Assembly (NCBI GenBank): GCA_037379345.1 | Contig: CM074513.1 | Location: 51,625,195-51,689,194 of the forward strand | DNA length: 64,000 nt | Source of the DNA: Perna viridis | Taxonomy: Eukaryota | Direction of reading: 5' to 3' | Part shown: in pieces, positions 41,001-51,983 of the stretch | Layout: every line of letters begins with the position of its first letter | Numbering within the stretch: position 1 is the stretch's first letter | Made by a program: the position numbers and the translations under genes | Notes under the pieces: model-generated | What the model was told of the DNA's origin: nothing | The model's database searches: none | The model's input: only the letters and a program-made list of their open reading frames with translations

Positions 41001-44000
41001 CAAAGAAAGTATCTTGGCTGTTGTGAACATTTATTGCACTGTACAAGTCACATACATAGTTACATACTGTATTAAGTGATAATTTTCACAACCTTTTATA
41101 GGCCATCATCAATAGTGTTATTACCCCAGGGATGACCTTTACCAAAACATCTCAGAAGTTCGGACAGTGGTCAGATCCTAGAGCTAATACTGTATATGGT
41201 CTTGGGTTCACATCAGAAGCAGACCTTGCTAAGGTAAGAACTACTTAGATATACATACCATTCTATGGTCTGTGGTTTACAACCAAAGTGGACTCAGGCA
41301 AGGTAAGAATCACCTAGATATACAAACCATCCAATAGTCTAGGTTTCACATCAGAAGCAGACCTTGCTTAGATAAGAACTACCTAGATATACATACCATC
41401 CTATGGTCTTGGTTTCACATCAAAAGTGGACTCGGGCAAGGTAAGAACTACTTAGATTTGCATACCATCCTATGGTCTATGGTTAAAAAAAATATGATTT
41501 TTCTGATAGGTTTATTGAGTTTTTTCTTTTATCTAACTCGAATACTATTTATTTAAAGTAGAACATAAAATAATGTCTGAAATTTAATTGTATGTTAGAA
41601 CGGAAGATTTTATATTTTGATTCTGACTTACTGATATATTTATTTCTTGGCGATATTATTATTTTTTATGAATGAAGATGCATCAGTTTTGTGTATTATG
41701 AGCTGAATAGATAATATAAATAGAATATAACCACAAACCAACATATATACCTGATAGTTCTCTATAGTAACAATACATGTGAAGATATTACTAATTAAGA
41801 TACCAGCAAGACATTTGATACTATTTTCATTTTATACACCAGGAGTGATTTCATTTTGTTTTAGATGTTTTTATTACTTCCTTCTGAAGTGTCTATATAA
41901 TGTGAAATTGATCAGGAAATTATATAGATTTGCACCTGTCAGTCTGAGTAAAATGTTAAATATTTTATGTGATTTATAGACATGCAGCATCAGTTTTGTA
42001 GTTGCTTGGTCTTTACAATAATTGAAACTGTACATTTATTTTTAGAATGTATTTTTTTTTCTTCCAAGAGAGATAATTTTGTAAAGCAACAGACATCCTA
42101 AATTTCTCAGAGTAGGCATAAGTTTTTTATACATAGAAAAAAACTAGCATACGAAATAAATCTGAATTTTGAACTTAAATCTTTTTGTGTCTCTTGGAAT
42201 CATAGAATTAAAAAATAAATGCATTGTATATATATCAACAGTTTATAGAGAAATTCAAGGAGATAAAAGACTTGACCAGACAACAAGTTGCTCAGCAACA
42301 AGTTCAACAGACAACTCAGGTTAATGGCAATGTTGTTGATGAGAATCACACCGCTAGCCAATCTCCTCCGCAGCCTTCCCAAGGTGCACGGCAGATCCTG
42401 CATCATCGAAGCTCTAGTCTTTCTGCTGTTCAGGTTTGTTGCTTCAAGCATGCTCTAACTAAAAACCCTAACAATGTTGAGATGATCCTGTTAAAATAAA
42501 GCAATATTAATCTTTGTTTGGATTGACATTCCAAAGTTTATCATTTTAGATACAAAAGGAATTGATACTAGACATTCTTTACAAGCAAGCATATTGTACC
42601 TTAACTTCACAAACAAACTCAAAATTTTTAACTGTTAACATTTGAAGTTATTATATCAGATTGTCTCTAAAGCCTTAAATCTTTTTCATCTGTCCTTTCT
42701 GCCTTACACAAAATAATAGCAGCAACTATCAACAACAATATGATATATAGACTGTAAACATCAAATTTGACCATCTTGACAGAGAGTATCACCCTGCCAG
42801 GTTTGCTTTGAAACTGGTGATACATTTCTTCATGGACTTATGTTGTTATATCATCTGTTGTTATGTTTTGGAGTATTATTTCATATCTCTATAGTAAGAG
42901 TTTTTATTAAATCATAACAAAAGTTTCTGTGTTTATGTTTATATTCTTGTCTGAAAAGAAAAAAAAACATTCTACAGTTATCACATTTCAAGGGAGGCAT
43001 CTCAACAATGTGTATTTTTTGTTTTGTTTATAATGATCATATCAACAGCTGTTTTTATGCCTAAGATGCTTTTATCATGGCTATTGATTTTGTTTGGTTT
43101 ATATGTGTCTGATCTTAAAATAAAATCTTTTGAAGATAATGTACTATCTTGAAGATTTATAAAGGTAGCTAATTCAACCCCTATCTAAATGTAATTGCTA
43201 TTACTGTTATATACATACAGATCTGTACCGAAAATTGAATTGTAATGGAAGGATATTTTTCTATCCTTAATTTAATGTTTTATTAGTTACATCATTACAT
43301 GCTGTTGGTCTTCTCTTGATACTATCAGTCTCACCAGTGCTTCTAAAGTGTTCAAACTTACCTGCATGTTAGGTAATCATTCAAAGCCTTATAGGAGTAC
43401 TGATACATGTACTACATATACATGATTTTTGCAGACTGATAGCCCAGAGGCAACACCCACACCAGAAACATCAGAAAAATCATCTGATGACAAAGTATTA
43501 CGACATTATCTTTTTTTTTTCTTTTTTTTTTGTTTCTATAAAGTACTCTCACTCTGTGATTGCTGTGACTGAATATGATCACAAAAGCTCAACATACTCA
43601 GAAACTTTACTCATGGAGGTATTGTATTTATCAGTTGTATTTACCAATAGTTGTAAATCTTCGTAAACTATCTTTAAAAATCTCTGATTTTATTCAGATG
43701 AACTAAAAGTGAACAACAAAAGAATCTTTACAGTATTTAGTCAAAAAACTTCAAAATAGTGCTGAAAAAGGGATTATCTATGGGTAAAGTTTCTTTGAGT
43801 AAGCTTTTATGAGTTAAGATTTTTATTGTTACATGCCTTTTTGCATAGAAATTCATTGACAGATCCAGAATCAGATTATACTTGTAATGAACTAGATCTT
43901 TGTTATAAGTTATTTCAGTACCACAAAAATTTTGTGGTCCTGTAATGGTATGGCCCTGCTTTTGTCTTTGTCATCCTATAATGAAATGGCCTTGCTTTTT

Positions 44001-47000
44001 GTCTTTGTTATTGTCCATAGACTCTTGGTTTTTGTGCATTAATATGAATATTAGTTGGTGGCTCTTGATGAAATTTTATAACCAGTTTCCATACCACAGA
44101 GGCAAGGTTGGTATTGATTTTATGGCGCTATCTGTTATGGAATTACTGGTAATGGCAAAAACAAGCATTTCATAAATTTAACTATTTAACTAGACTGTAT
44201 GTGTATGTATCTCTGTGAAATCACATCACAAAATGAATGTTTAGATAGATCTTTGGGCTAAAACATTAACCATTTAGAAAAGGGTACAAAATAGGGGGGC
44301 AGAAGCAAGCATATGTATGAATTTTAGTTACGTTGTATATAACCTACGTAGTATAAATATTTTCTTTACCTTTGTGTAAATTGCTTATTTCTTATGCTTA
44401 GTTTAAAATTTTAAAGTTCTTTGACCACTTCCATTTTGGTCAGAATTTTATTTTGTGTCTAACTTTTTATCACAATCAAAATTCAAAGCTGTATTAAGTT
44501 TGATTGTTGTGTCCATTCTTGTACCCACTGGTCAGGGTTTGACCTTTGCAGTTGTATCAAGCTGCACCCTGAAAAACATTTTATTGTTGATTTTTTAGAA
44601 ATTATAATAAGATCGGATGATTTTTGATTCTATTTTAACACTTTATGATCATGTAACTATTTACGTTACATTGGTTGTTACAGAACCATGAGTACGAGAG
44701 TACTTGTTTTACGTGGGTAGAGGTGCCATAAACTTAATAGTATACACCATTAATTACCATTATGCATGTTTTTGTGGTTAATGACTAATTATTGCATGTC
44801 TTTTTTTATTTCTATAATTAATAGATGCTAAAAATAATCTTGAAGCATATTTATTTTTGGAATTGGATCCTGTAGGTGATGCATGAATGTATTTTTAGTG
44901 TTTTGCTCAAGTTGCATGAACTGATATGCAAAAATATTCTTTGTGCAGTTAATGTCTTACATTTCTTAAGAATTTTATATGTTTGATAACCAGTGTGTGC
45001 TTTGAGATATCTGTGTTTGTTTATCATGTACTTAATGCAACTGCTTTATCTCTTAAAATTTTGCCACAATGATTTTCTCAGATAATCACCACTGCTTTTA
45101 ATAATATAAATCTATGTTGCAGTTTGTGTGATAATATTTCTTACAGTCAATGTATCTTAATTTGGCAATGATATTTTTTAGTTTGGTAGGAAGAAGATTT
45201 CATGTTGTTTGCTATATTTCCAGGGTTCACAAGAAGGCATAAATCTAAAAGAGAGAAGAAATTCCTTCAATACTCCAGGGTCCAACTCAGGAAGTCCTGA
45301 AAGTCAACTCAAATATGAGAATGACAGACTGAAATTGGCTTTAGCCCAGAGGTAGTTATTTTATTACATGCTTCTACAAGAGTTTTGTAGCTAATTGTTC
45401 CCATGTTATAATAAGTAATGAGAAATAAACATAAGAAGGACCAAAAAGTAAACAATACGTACCTATGTAGTAAAAACCCTGACCAAATGAGTTTAAACTG
45501 TTAGTTGTGCTCTCAACTGTATTGGTCAAATGTTCTTAATACAGCAATCTACAAGCACTGTATGTAAAGTATCTCTGGTATTTAAAAATATTCATTGTTA
45601 TGTAGTCAATTAAGTGTAAAAATCTGATTATCAGCTCAGCTAATGCCAAGAAATGGGAAGTAGAACTACAGACTTTAAAGAACAACAATACCAGACTTAC
45701 AGCTGCTTTACAGGAGAGTACAGCTAATGTAGAGGAATGGAAGAAACAACTGGCAGCATACAAAGATGAAAGTACAAGGATGAAGAAAAAGGTAGAAACA
45801 TAGAATAATTATTGTCATTTTTAATTATTTCAATATCAAAATAAAAAAAAAACTATTACATGTAGTAAGTTTATCAGTTATCCAGGAAAAGGAAAAAATA
45901 CAGCTTACCAATAAATATTAATATATTAAATTTATATAAATAGGTGAAAATATATAATTTCTCTTTCAAAGGTAAAACAGGAAAAGGTATGCTTGTAACA
46001 GTAAGAAATTAATTTAAAGACAATCATCTCATTTTATACTTAAACATTTTTATTAACAAATGTAAAGTGTCTCTGCCAAATGCTATGTCATGAAAGTGTC
46101 TGATTCCTATTAATATGTAAACCAATCCATTTCTGTAGTCCTAAATTCTGTCTATACACTCGCTTTGCTTGAAATTATGAAGGAGTAGTGTCATGAAGAA
46201 CATTCTGAGTTGGTTTACTTGTTACAAAAAGGAATTTCGAAGTGAGAAAAAAAAACCACTCCCTGTAAACGTATGTTAGGACAAGGAAAGAGAGCTTCAT
46301 CCTTTAGTGTCTGGCACCAAATAGATGTAAGATTCTTAACATCTTACTCCTAAGAAGTTATAGTATATTTGAATATTTAAAAAAATAGTTATCAAGGGAA
46401 CCAAGATTATAGCCGAAATCTAAAGAATGCAATCCAGGGACAGACACCATACATGGAAAACAGACATACACAACAGAGAATATAGTACTTAAATAATACA
46501 TACAAAGTAAGTAAATGAGCAACTTGGACTCCACCAAAAACTGGGAGCATGGACCAGGTGCTCCGGTAGGGTAAGTGTCCTTTGCTTTTCTAGAAACACC
46601 CGACAAGTTGGTCATTAAAAGTCAAATCAGGGGTATATGAAAGAGGAAAGGAAAACTATGTCAGTTTTCAAGAAATTTCAGTTTCATGTTAATACTCTAT
46701 TTGTTCCATCTTTCTGTTATTCTTTGTTTTCTTCTTAAGGTGGTAGAAATGGAAAAGCAACAGAACAACACAGAACAAATTGGGGCATTACAAACAGAAC
46801 TACAGCAACTCACTGAAAGATTGGAGAGGGTCCAGTTAGAAAGTCAGGATAAATCTGATGTAAGTTGGTCATATCACAGAAGGGGTAAATATATGAATGT
46901 TATGTATAGGGTAATATTAGTTGGAAAATCATAATAATACCTGGTCTGTAGATCATCCTTTAGGGTTTTAAGGCCATAAATGTGGGTAATTAAATGGAGG

Positions 47001-47999
47001 TGTATCTAACTAATATTAGAGACAAAATGGCACATTTGGTAATGTATGAGATATATTTAAATTGATTTAACTGTAACAGGTTACTTGTTTGAATCACAAG
47101 TAAAGTTGAAATGTGGAGAAAATATGCATGTAACAATCCCAGCAGCAAATATTTCCATGCACTTGTAAAAGATTAAAAAAAAAACTCATAGTAAACAGCA
47201 AACCCTAATAAGTCAAACGTGAAATTTAGATTTTTTTATGAGGGATGTAAGCCAGATGTAAAGGATATGTATTATGACTGTACATTTATTTGACAGGAAA
47301 TTAATCAGCTGAATCGTAAAGTAGAGGATCTCAGTGCCAAAGAAACACGAAACAATAATATGCAATCCAGACTACAGGTAAGGAGTTATCAAGGAGTTAT
47401 CATTGTCTAAATGTTACATAACACAAACATATACTTATAGGTTAATAAATAGAGGCATTGAATTAACTAGAAGTAATGTAGAACAATGTAACTTGAAATA
47501 AATGATAATGAGAGAAAATACTTAAGGCAACCTGTTGAATATATTTATAAATGTTTCAGTTCTAACAGATTTTATACTCATTCCATTCAAATCTAGTTTA
47601 ATCACAGTTTTAAATATAATTTTTTTAACTGTCCAATAGATGACAGTGATCATTGCAATAGTTAAATGAAATGTTTAGAAAGGTTGACTATAAAAATCAG
47701 ATAAGGAAATCTTTGTGAGTTATTAATTATATTGTTAAGTTTTTAGTTCATTGTACATTTTTATTAAAAGTTTGATTTAATTCAATTACTTTCTTTGTCA
47801 GACTCTAGAGGAGGAGAATAAATTATTGACTTTAAAAGTGCAAGATTACCAAAGACAGTTAAGTGAAAGTAGAATGAATCGTGACAAAGACACTACTGAA
47901 GTCCTGAATCTTCAACAACAACTAGGCAATAAGGTTACAGAATTATACGAGCTTCATGAACAAATCGTTTCTGTCATACAGAAAGAGTCAAACAGTTGA
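14081..47999 (+). CDS. HOMER: Homer family scaffold protein (EVH1 + coiled coil), whole gene
   Basis: Exons 14081-14091, 38126-38282, 41102-41233, 42242-42433, 43435-43494 (cassette), 45224-45351, 45635-45791, 46740-46859, 47297-47377, 47802-47999. All GT-AG with consistent phases; 1236 nt = 411 aa + stop. Diagnostic motifs: [82 protein letters not shown]. Confidence 0.96.
14173..14624. repeat. ~157-bp tandem repeat, ~3 copies
   Basis: gcaccttta at 14242, 14399 and 14555; the third copy is interrupted by the MITE and resumes at ~15308. Confidence 0.85.
14625..15307. mobile_element. MITE with ~55-bp terminal inverted repeats
   Basis: Left gtacttggcgatcgcaatactggtataaaaatttgttcca vs right revcomp gtacttggcgatcgcaatacgggtctaaatatttgttcca; no plausible coding content. 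Confidence 0.8.
19011..19318. repeat. 28-bp minisatellite x11 (tactgactgtatctgggaaaccattgtg)
   Basis: Near-perfect head-to-tail copies without spacers; 308 bp. Confidence 0.97.
19384..19603. mobile_element. Small MITE-like inverted-repeat element
   Basis: gttagctgctaaatcgtagctct vs revcomp gttagctgcgaaacatagctct at the other end. Confidence 0.55.
22975..23160 (+). mobile_element. Fragment of a retroelement RT C-terminal region (probably Penelope-like), nested antisense in the BEL element
   Basis: [22 protein letters not shown]...EKFYGH, matching the recalled invertebrate YGVYISQLIRYARAC...RKFYGR motif. Confidence 0.6.
23538..23555 (-). promoter_or_regulatory. Primer-binding site (tRNA-His type) of the BEL/Pao element
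   Basis: Minus strand TGGTACCGTGACCAGGAT, one base after ...ATACA (LTR-end CA); near-complement of a tRNA-His 3' end. Confidence 0.75.
24660..24688 (+). CDS. Candidate alternative Homer first exon ([10 protein letters not shown])
   Basis: acaATG GTT CAG ATG GCA CCT CGT AAA CTT CC|gtaagt; phase 2; upstream in-frame stop; local CpG retention. Confidence 0.4.
29660..29719 (+). CDS. Possible upstream exon for the Pro-rich Homer isoform ([20 protein letters not shown])
   Basis: Ends AAG|gtatag in phase 0; acceptor ttag|30094 reads ATT TAT CGT AAA ATG in frame with the 30106 ORF. Confidence 0.3.
30106..30509 (+). CDS. HOMER: Candidate alternative Homer N-terminal exon, Pro/Ser-rich, GC donor
   Basis: Clean 134-codon, locally GC-rich open frame in intron 1 with aaaATG context. 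Ends GAA AG|gcaagt (consensus GC donor) in phase 2, giving ...WNER-EQPIF with exon 2. Confidence 0.72.
30950..31930 (+). mobile_element. Dispersed non-autonomous repeat family with internal subrepeats (other copies ~26060-26430, ~38820-39545, ~43930-44585, minus ~62500-62780)
   Basis: Shared 3' end ggtt(t)gacct(c/t)tgcagt(g/t)gtatcaa(a/g)ct and ggggccaaaa / aagcattttc subrepeats. Confidence 0.7.
33505..34078 (+). mobile_element. HINE/Helentron-like non-autonomous element with ~160-bp internal tandem repeats, nested in a second element starting at ~33385
   Basis: atgcccc...ggggcat inverted motif, gtcc microsatellite, repeats at ~33616/33775/33935, 3' gggggcat. The host element begins ttattagctcacc...ggtgagc and continues to ~35170. 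Confidence 0.6.
36856..36959 (+). CDS. Candidate alternative Homer first exon ([35 protein letters not shown])
   Basis: aaaATG, 34 open codons + 2 nt, donor AGA|gtaaga in phase 2, compatible with exon 2. Confidence 0.5.
38126..38282 (+). CDS. HOMER: Homer exon 2 (EVH1 N-half)
   Basis: ttttcag|G GAG CAG CCC ... GGA TCT AAG|gttggt; 157 nt; [27 protein letters not shown]...[10 protein letters not shown]. Confidence 0.97.
40495..40860. repeat. 30-bp minisatellite, ~12 copies (tagcaatatacacatgaaatgttaacacac)
   Basis: Direct reading; produces the spurious ORF 40493-40828. Confidence 0.95.
41102..41233 (+). CDS. HOMER: Homer exon 3 (EVH1 C-half)
   Basis: ttatag|GCC ATC ATC AAT ... GCT AAG|gtaaga; 132 nt; [44 protein letters not shown]. 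Confidence 0.97.
41177..41484 (+). repeat. 69-bp tandem repeat, ~4.5 copies, spanning the Homer exon 3/intron 3 junction
   Basis: Donor-equivalent positions 41234, 41303, 41372 (mutated to ataaga) and 41441; A-B-A-B alternation. Confidence 0.9.
42242..42433 (+). CDS. HOMER: Homer exon 4 (EVH1 terminal helix + linker)
   Basis: aacag|TTT ATA GAG AAA TTC AAG ... GTT CAG|gtttgt; 192 nt; [11 protein letters not shown] then a Q-rich linker. Confidence 0.93.
43435..43494 (+). CDS. HOMER: Homer candidate 60-nt cassette exon ([20 protein letters not shown])
   Basis: Strong acceptor tttttgcag|, open frame, phase 0/0, protein-like composition; weak donor AAA|gtatta. Confidence 0.6.
45224..45351 (+). 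CDS. HOMER: Homer exon 6
   Basis: tttccag|GGT TCA ... GCC CAG AG|gtagtt; 128 nt; ...[18 protein letters not shown]. Confidence 0.95.
45635..45791 (+). CDS. HOMER: Homer exon 7 (coiled coil)
   Basis: tatcag|C TCA GCT AAT ... AAA AAG|gtagaa; 157 nt; [45 protein letters not shown]. Confidence 0.96.
46388..46620 (-). mobile_element. Short interspersed repeat; second partial copy at ~606-730
   Basis: Both copies share atcaagggaac.a.g.ttatag...aatccagggaca.a.acca.acatggaaaacagacata. Confidence 0.7.
46740..46859 (+). CDS. HOMER: Homer exon 8
   Basis: Long pyrimidine tract, cttaag|GTG GTA GAA ... TCT GAT|gtaagt; 120 nt; heptad-rich. Confidence 0.92.
47297..47377 (+). CDS. HOMER: Homer exon 9
   Basis: tgacag|GAA ATT AAT ... 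CTA CAG|gtaagg; 81 nt. Confidence 0.92.
47802..47999 (+). CDS. HOMER: Homer last coding exon (leucine zipper, stop)
   Basis: tttgtcag|ACT CTA GAG GAG GAG AAT ... AGT TGA; TLEEENKLL...[15 protein letters not shown]. Confidence 0.93.
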   Translation, partial: TLEEENKLLTLKVQDYQRQLSESRMNRDKDTTEVLNLQQQLGNKVTELYELHEQIVSVIQKESNS

Positions 48000-49173
48000 T
48001 AATTTTCTGATCATGTCAAATTTTGGTTTTAAGTCTACCAATAGAATATCCAGCCAGGACCAAAACATGGCAGCAGACTTTTGTTTCCAAGGAAATGCCA
48101 AGATAGTAGTTGTGCAGAAGACTATGTGATATTTGTGATATATCTATGTATAGTAAAATATATATATTATAATATGAAGAGCAATATAGTGTTACATGTT
48201 TTTTTTTGTCTCTTTTTTTTCCACTTTATATATCCAAGAGTAGATCTGATTTATTTATTTTTTGATTAATACTAATATTCTGTGTTTCTATGATGGCCAC
48301 CCCATCTTCTCAATCCAAAGTTTGATGAAAAGATAAGTACCTACATGTAGAAGAAATATGAACTTGGAAGTAGATCAATATAATTGTGTTATGTACATGT
48401 ATGATGCTAGAATTTCTGTTTCTGTCATACCATGACTTAATTATGCAGTGCCATATTTATTTCATTTCTCAAGGTTTAAAGAATGTTCAGACTTTTGGGT
48501 AAATCTGACATTGCCATAGTACAGCTTTTTCATTGGAGGGCTATGTTTATCATGCTGCTTTATTTATAATTTTTCTGGTGATAAATGATTCCAAAGCTTT
48601 TTTTATTTTAGTTTGCCTATTTAATTTACATGTTTCTATGTATAAAATGTACAACTTAGGTGTTTTGGTGGAGTCCTAGTCTTGTGTTCTACTCATATCA
48701 AACTAACTCTACCTCTAATGTTATGTTTATATACCATGTAAAAAGATCCCAGACACTAGAATGCCAATAAGTGTAGTGAATTTGTGGCATTAGTTTTGAT
48801 GAAATTTTAAAAAGTGGGTCTAAAAAATGCACTATGAAGTACTTGATTTTCACTATAAACATTAAGAGGAAGAAGTTAATAATTTTTTGTGATGGTAAAT
48901 ATTTATATTTTTGACTTTAAGATTAATGACAGGTTTGTTGTTAAATTAAGTGAACACTTGCACTATCATCTCCATAGCTTTTATCACTGTATTAAAGGCC
49001 AGTATGTTTGGTGTAATGGTACAGCTATTCTTTTGTTGTTAAAGCAGACTTTGTAATTGAAGTATTAGTCAAGATTTTATACCTATTAAAACAAACGTTT
49101 GTCATTAATCATTTTATCGGCATTTGGAAATGAATATTTAGGGACAAATTTTGTGAAAGCTAACTTTTGTTTT

Positions 49174-49190
49174 AATAAAGTGTCAATAAA
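49174..49190 (+). terminator. Candidate Homer polyadenylation signals (two AATAAA)
   Basis: AATAAA at 49174-49179 and 49185-49190, followed by a T-rich tract, ~1.2 kb after the stop; other AATAAA occur further on. Confidence 0.4.
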
Positions 49191-51830
49191 AAAATTTATC
49201 TAAGTTTTTTTTTTCAATTTAAACATATTTCCTGACATGTAGAACCAAATTAAGTTTGAAAAACCTTCATGTTTGGCAACTTAAAAACAGTCAATGTTAA
49301 ATTTAGAGCTTCAGATTAATTATTAAAAAAATAAAAATCTGATATTGCCAATTAGGCCAAAAAAAATATCTTAGGTTCTTATCCCCTCCCAACTGGATTT
49401 TTTTCACCCTCCCCAAAATATTTTATTTTGATTTTTTGGCCCAGTTTAGGCCAATTTTCATCAAAATGACTGCATTTTTCACTAAAATTTATAGAAAAAA
49501 AAAATTTTGAAATAAAATTTTGCCTGTCCACTCCAAAATTTGAACTAAACTGGATGAGAAACTTAGAATATTTCTATTTTGCTTCACTGCTTAATGAAAA
49601 TACCATCAACAATGACAGTCAAAGGGAGGTAACTCCACTTTATGACTGAAATAGCACAAGCAATCATTTTTGAACTTCAAATTATTTTTATTCAGTGTAT
49701 TAAAGTTTCAGTGCTAGTGAAATAATCATTCAAATTTCATTTTCATAGTGACTGTGATGAAATTAATGCTCAATGTACAAAAATGACATAGCAAGAAAGA
49801 TTATTTCACTTGTAAGTTATTTTGGTGTTTATTAATAAACACACAACACACAAATGTACTGCTTCAGTATACTTTTTACTAGGTTATAAAGATCAAAGCA
49901 ATTATTAGCATTGTCTAATTATAGTATATAGCTGATGTGAACGTTAAATATTTTTATCACTTATGAAAGCTCTTGCCCAATATACTCAGTGAATATATTT
50001 TTTTTAAACTCTAATTTATCCGATCAAAAGACAGTATTTGTGTCAAATCATGGTGTATTATTCTGTTGTTTTTGGCATTGAGATTTATGTAGTTTTATAT
50101 AGATGTAGTATTTTTTACAATATTTTCACTTGACAATATATTAAGCACATGGACATATTAATCTCAATCTTTTTTTTTTCCTCAAGGTTGTATATTTGTT
50201 TTTACACATTTTGTTTTGTATACAGGTAACACAACATTATTTACAGATATCTTATTAGTAGCCTTAATTATTTCTGTGTTTTTCTTTGTTTTGTTGAAGG
50301 CTGTTAAAGCATTAAATGTTATGCATATCATAATGATTACTATATAAAAACTAAAATAATTAATAATTGTTTCTTTTCCTTAGAAAACTTCTATAGGTAG
50401 GCATAGCACATTTGTGCACCTTTGGACTTTTCAATGTTTGGCCAGCTAAAAGGTATGCTGTTATATGACTTATATAAGAATATGTTTGAGTTGCCTATCA
50501 TTTTTATTTCTAGTGTAGTACCTCATTATTAGTCAGATGTTACTATTACAGGCTACACATTTCTTCGTGTCGAATATTGAGCGGAATTTGTTTAAGTAGA
50601 AAAAAGTTGGAAATACAATTTACATTTTCTGAGGCATTTGCTATTTAGCAATATTTTTTAATGTTTTTTGTACAACTGCAATGTATAATGGTATCATGCT
50701 TTTGTAATTATCAGGATCCACATTGTTGTTTGTAGACAATTCAGTTTTCAGACAATAACTTAGGTATAGGTGTATAGATCTTTATGAAAACTATATAAGA
50801 CAAGATAAATACTAGAAGACAAAATTCAGCACATTGGGATTTAATATTAGTGACTCTTTATAGGAAAAAAAATTTTAGTTGATAAAATTTTTAACACATG
50901 ATTTTTCACTGTTTATTTTTCCAATCTTAACATTATTCATTGCAACAAGTAATCTCAAGACAAACACTAAAACATCAATTTTAAAACTATCAACAAAGGT
51001 CTGTCAATAATAAATATACATAAATACCCCCTGAAAGCACTCTACATTATATCCTGGAAACATGGTTAGTTAATGAAACTTTATCATAACAAACCAAAAA
51101 CATGCAAGAAAACCACTTATATTCTTCTTGAAATTGCTTCCAAATAATTCACTGTAAAACTTAAAAAGTAATTTATTTGATGAAGTCTCTCTTACTGCCA
51201 GAGAATTATTATCACTTATTCACAAACATAAAAATAATGCAATCATTTCTGAATTTACTGTATTATGAAATGAACATAGAATGTACACCAGTACATGGCA
51301 CCATATGATGATTACCTTCAAAATTTCCAAACATTTAAAAGAATTCTCAGTTCACAAAACAATGTCTAAAATGAGAGTATATACTGTGTAGAAACTATTT
51401 TCCTTAGTACACCAATTTTCATGGTTTTGGGCAGTAAGGTTATACTACAAATTCAATTTTATACTGATACGAATTTGAAAAACCCAAAATATTGATAACC
51501 ACAATCAAAACATTTACAGAAAATTCAATGTACTTTTAACACATGGTATTTTACATAAAATGATATGAAACAGAACTATGTTAAGCTGTTAATACAGTGT
51601 TGATAAACCATTCAACATCACCATTAGATGGATCAATTTCACAATTATCACAGGCAAAATCAATAAAAAAAAGTAAATCTTTACATATGAGTAAACCATG
51701 TAAAATGAAATATAGATGTCTAATTTGCATCAATTGCAACTTGTAGTTCTTTCATAGACTTCAGCCAGCCTGATGTCAGATTACTCCCACTTCAAGTCCT
51801 TACATATACTTAAGCAAGCCCAGTGTCAGA

Positions 51831-51983
51831 TTATTTGTTGCCTTTAAACCAATTTGAGATATCTGACATACTGCTCATACTTCCGACTTTACTGAACAAG
51901 GAACTAGTCATATCTGTCTGTGAAGAGGATTGAGGAAGTACAGCAGCAGCAGTCTCAGTAAGGCTGCGGTCCATCTCCATTGG
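51831..51983 (-). CDS. COG1: COG1 last coding exon
   Basis: PMEMDRSLTE...MSDISNWFKGNK*; 153 nt; acceptor ctctttaaag. Confidence 0.85.
   Translation of the reverse strand, partial: PMEMDRSLTETAAAVLPQSSSQTDMTSSLFSKVGSMSSMSDISNWFKGNK

Noticed and set aside
44684-44716. Possible 33-nt Homer microexon ([11 protein letters not shown])
   Set aside because: In frame with a fair acceptor, but the donor is weak and there is no homology support; indistinguishable from chance
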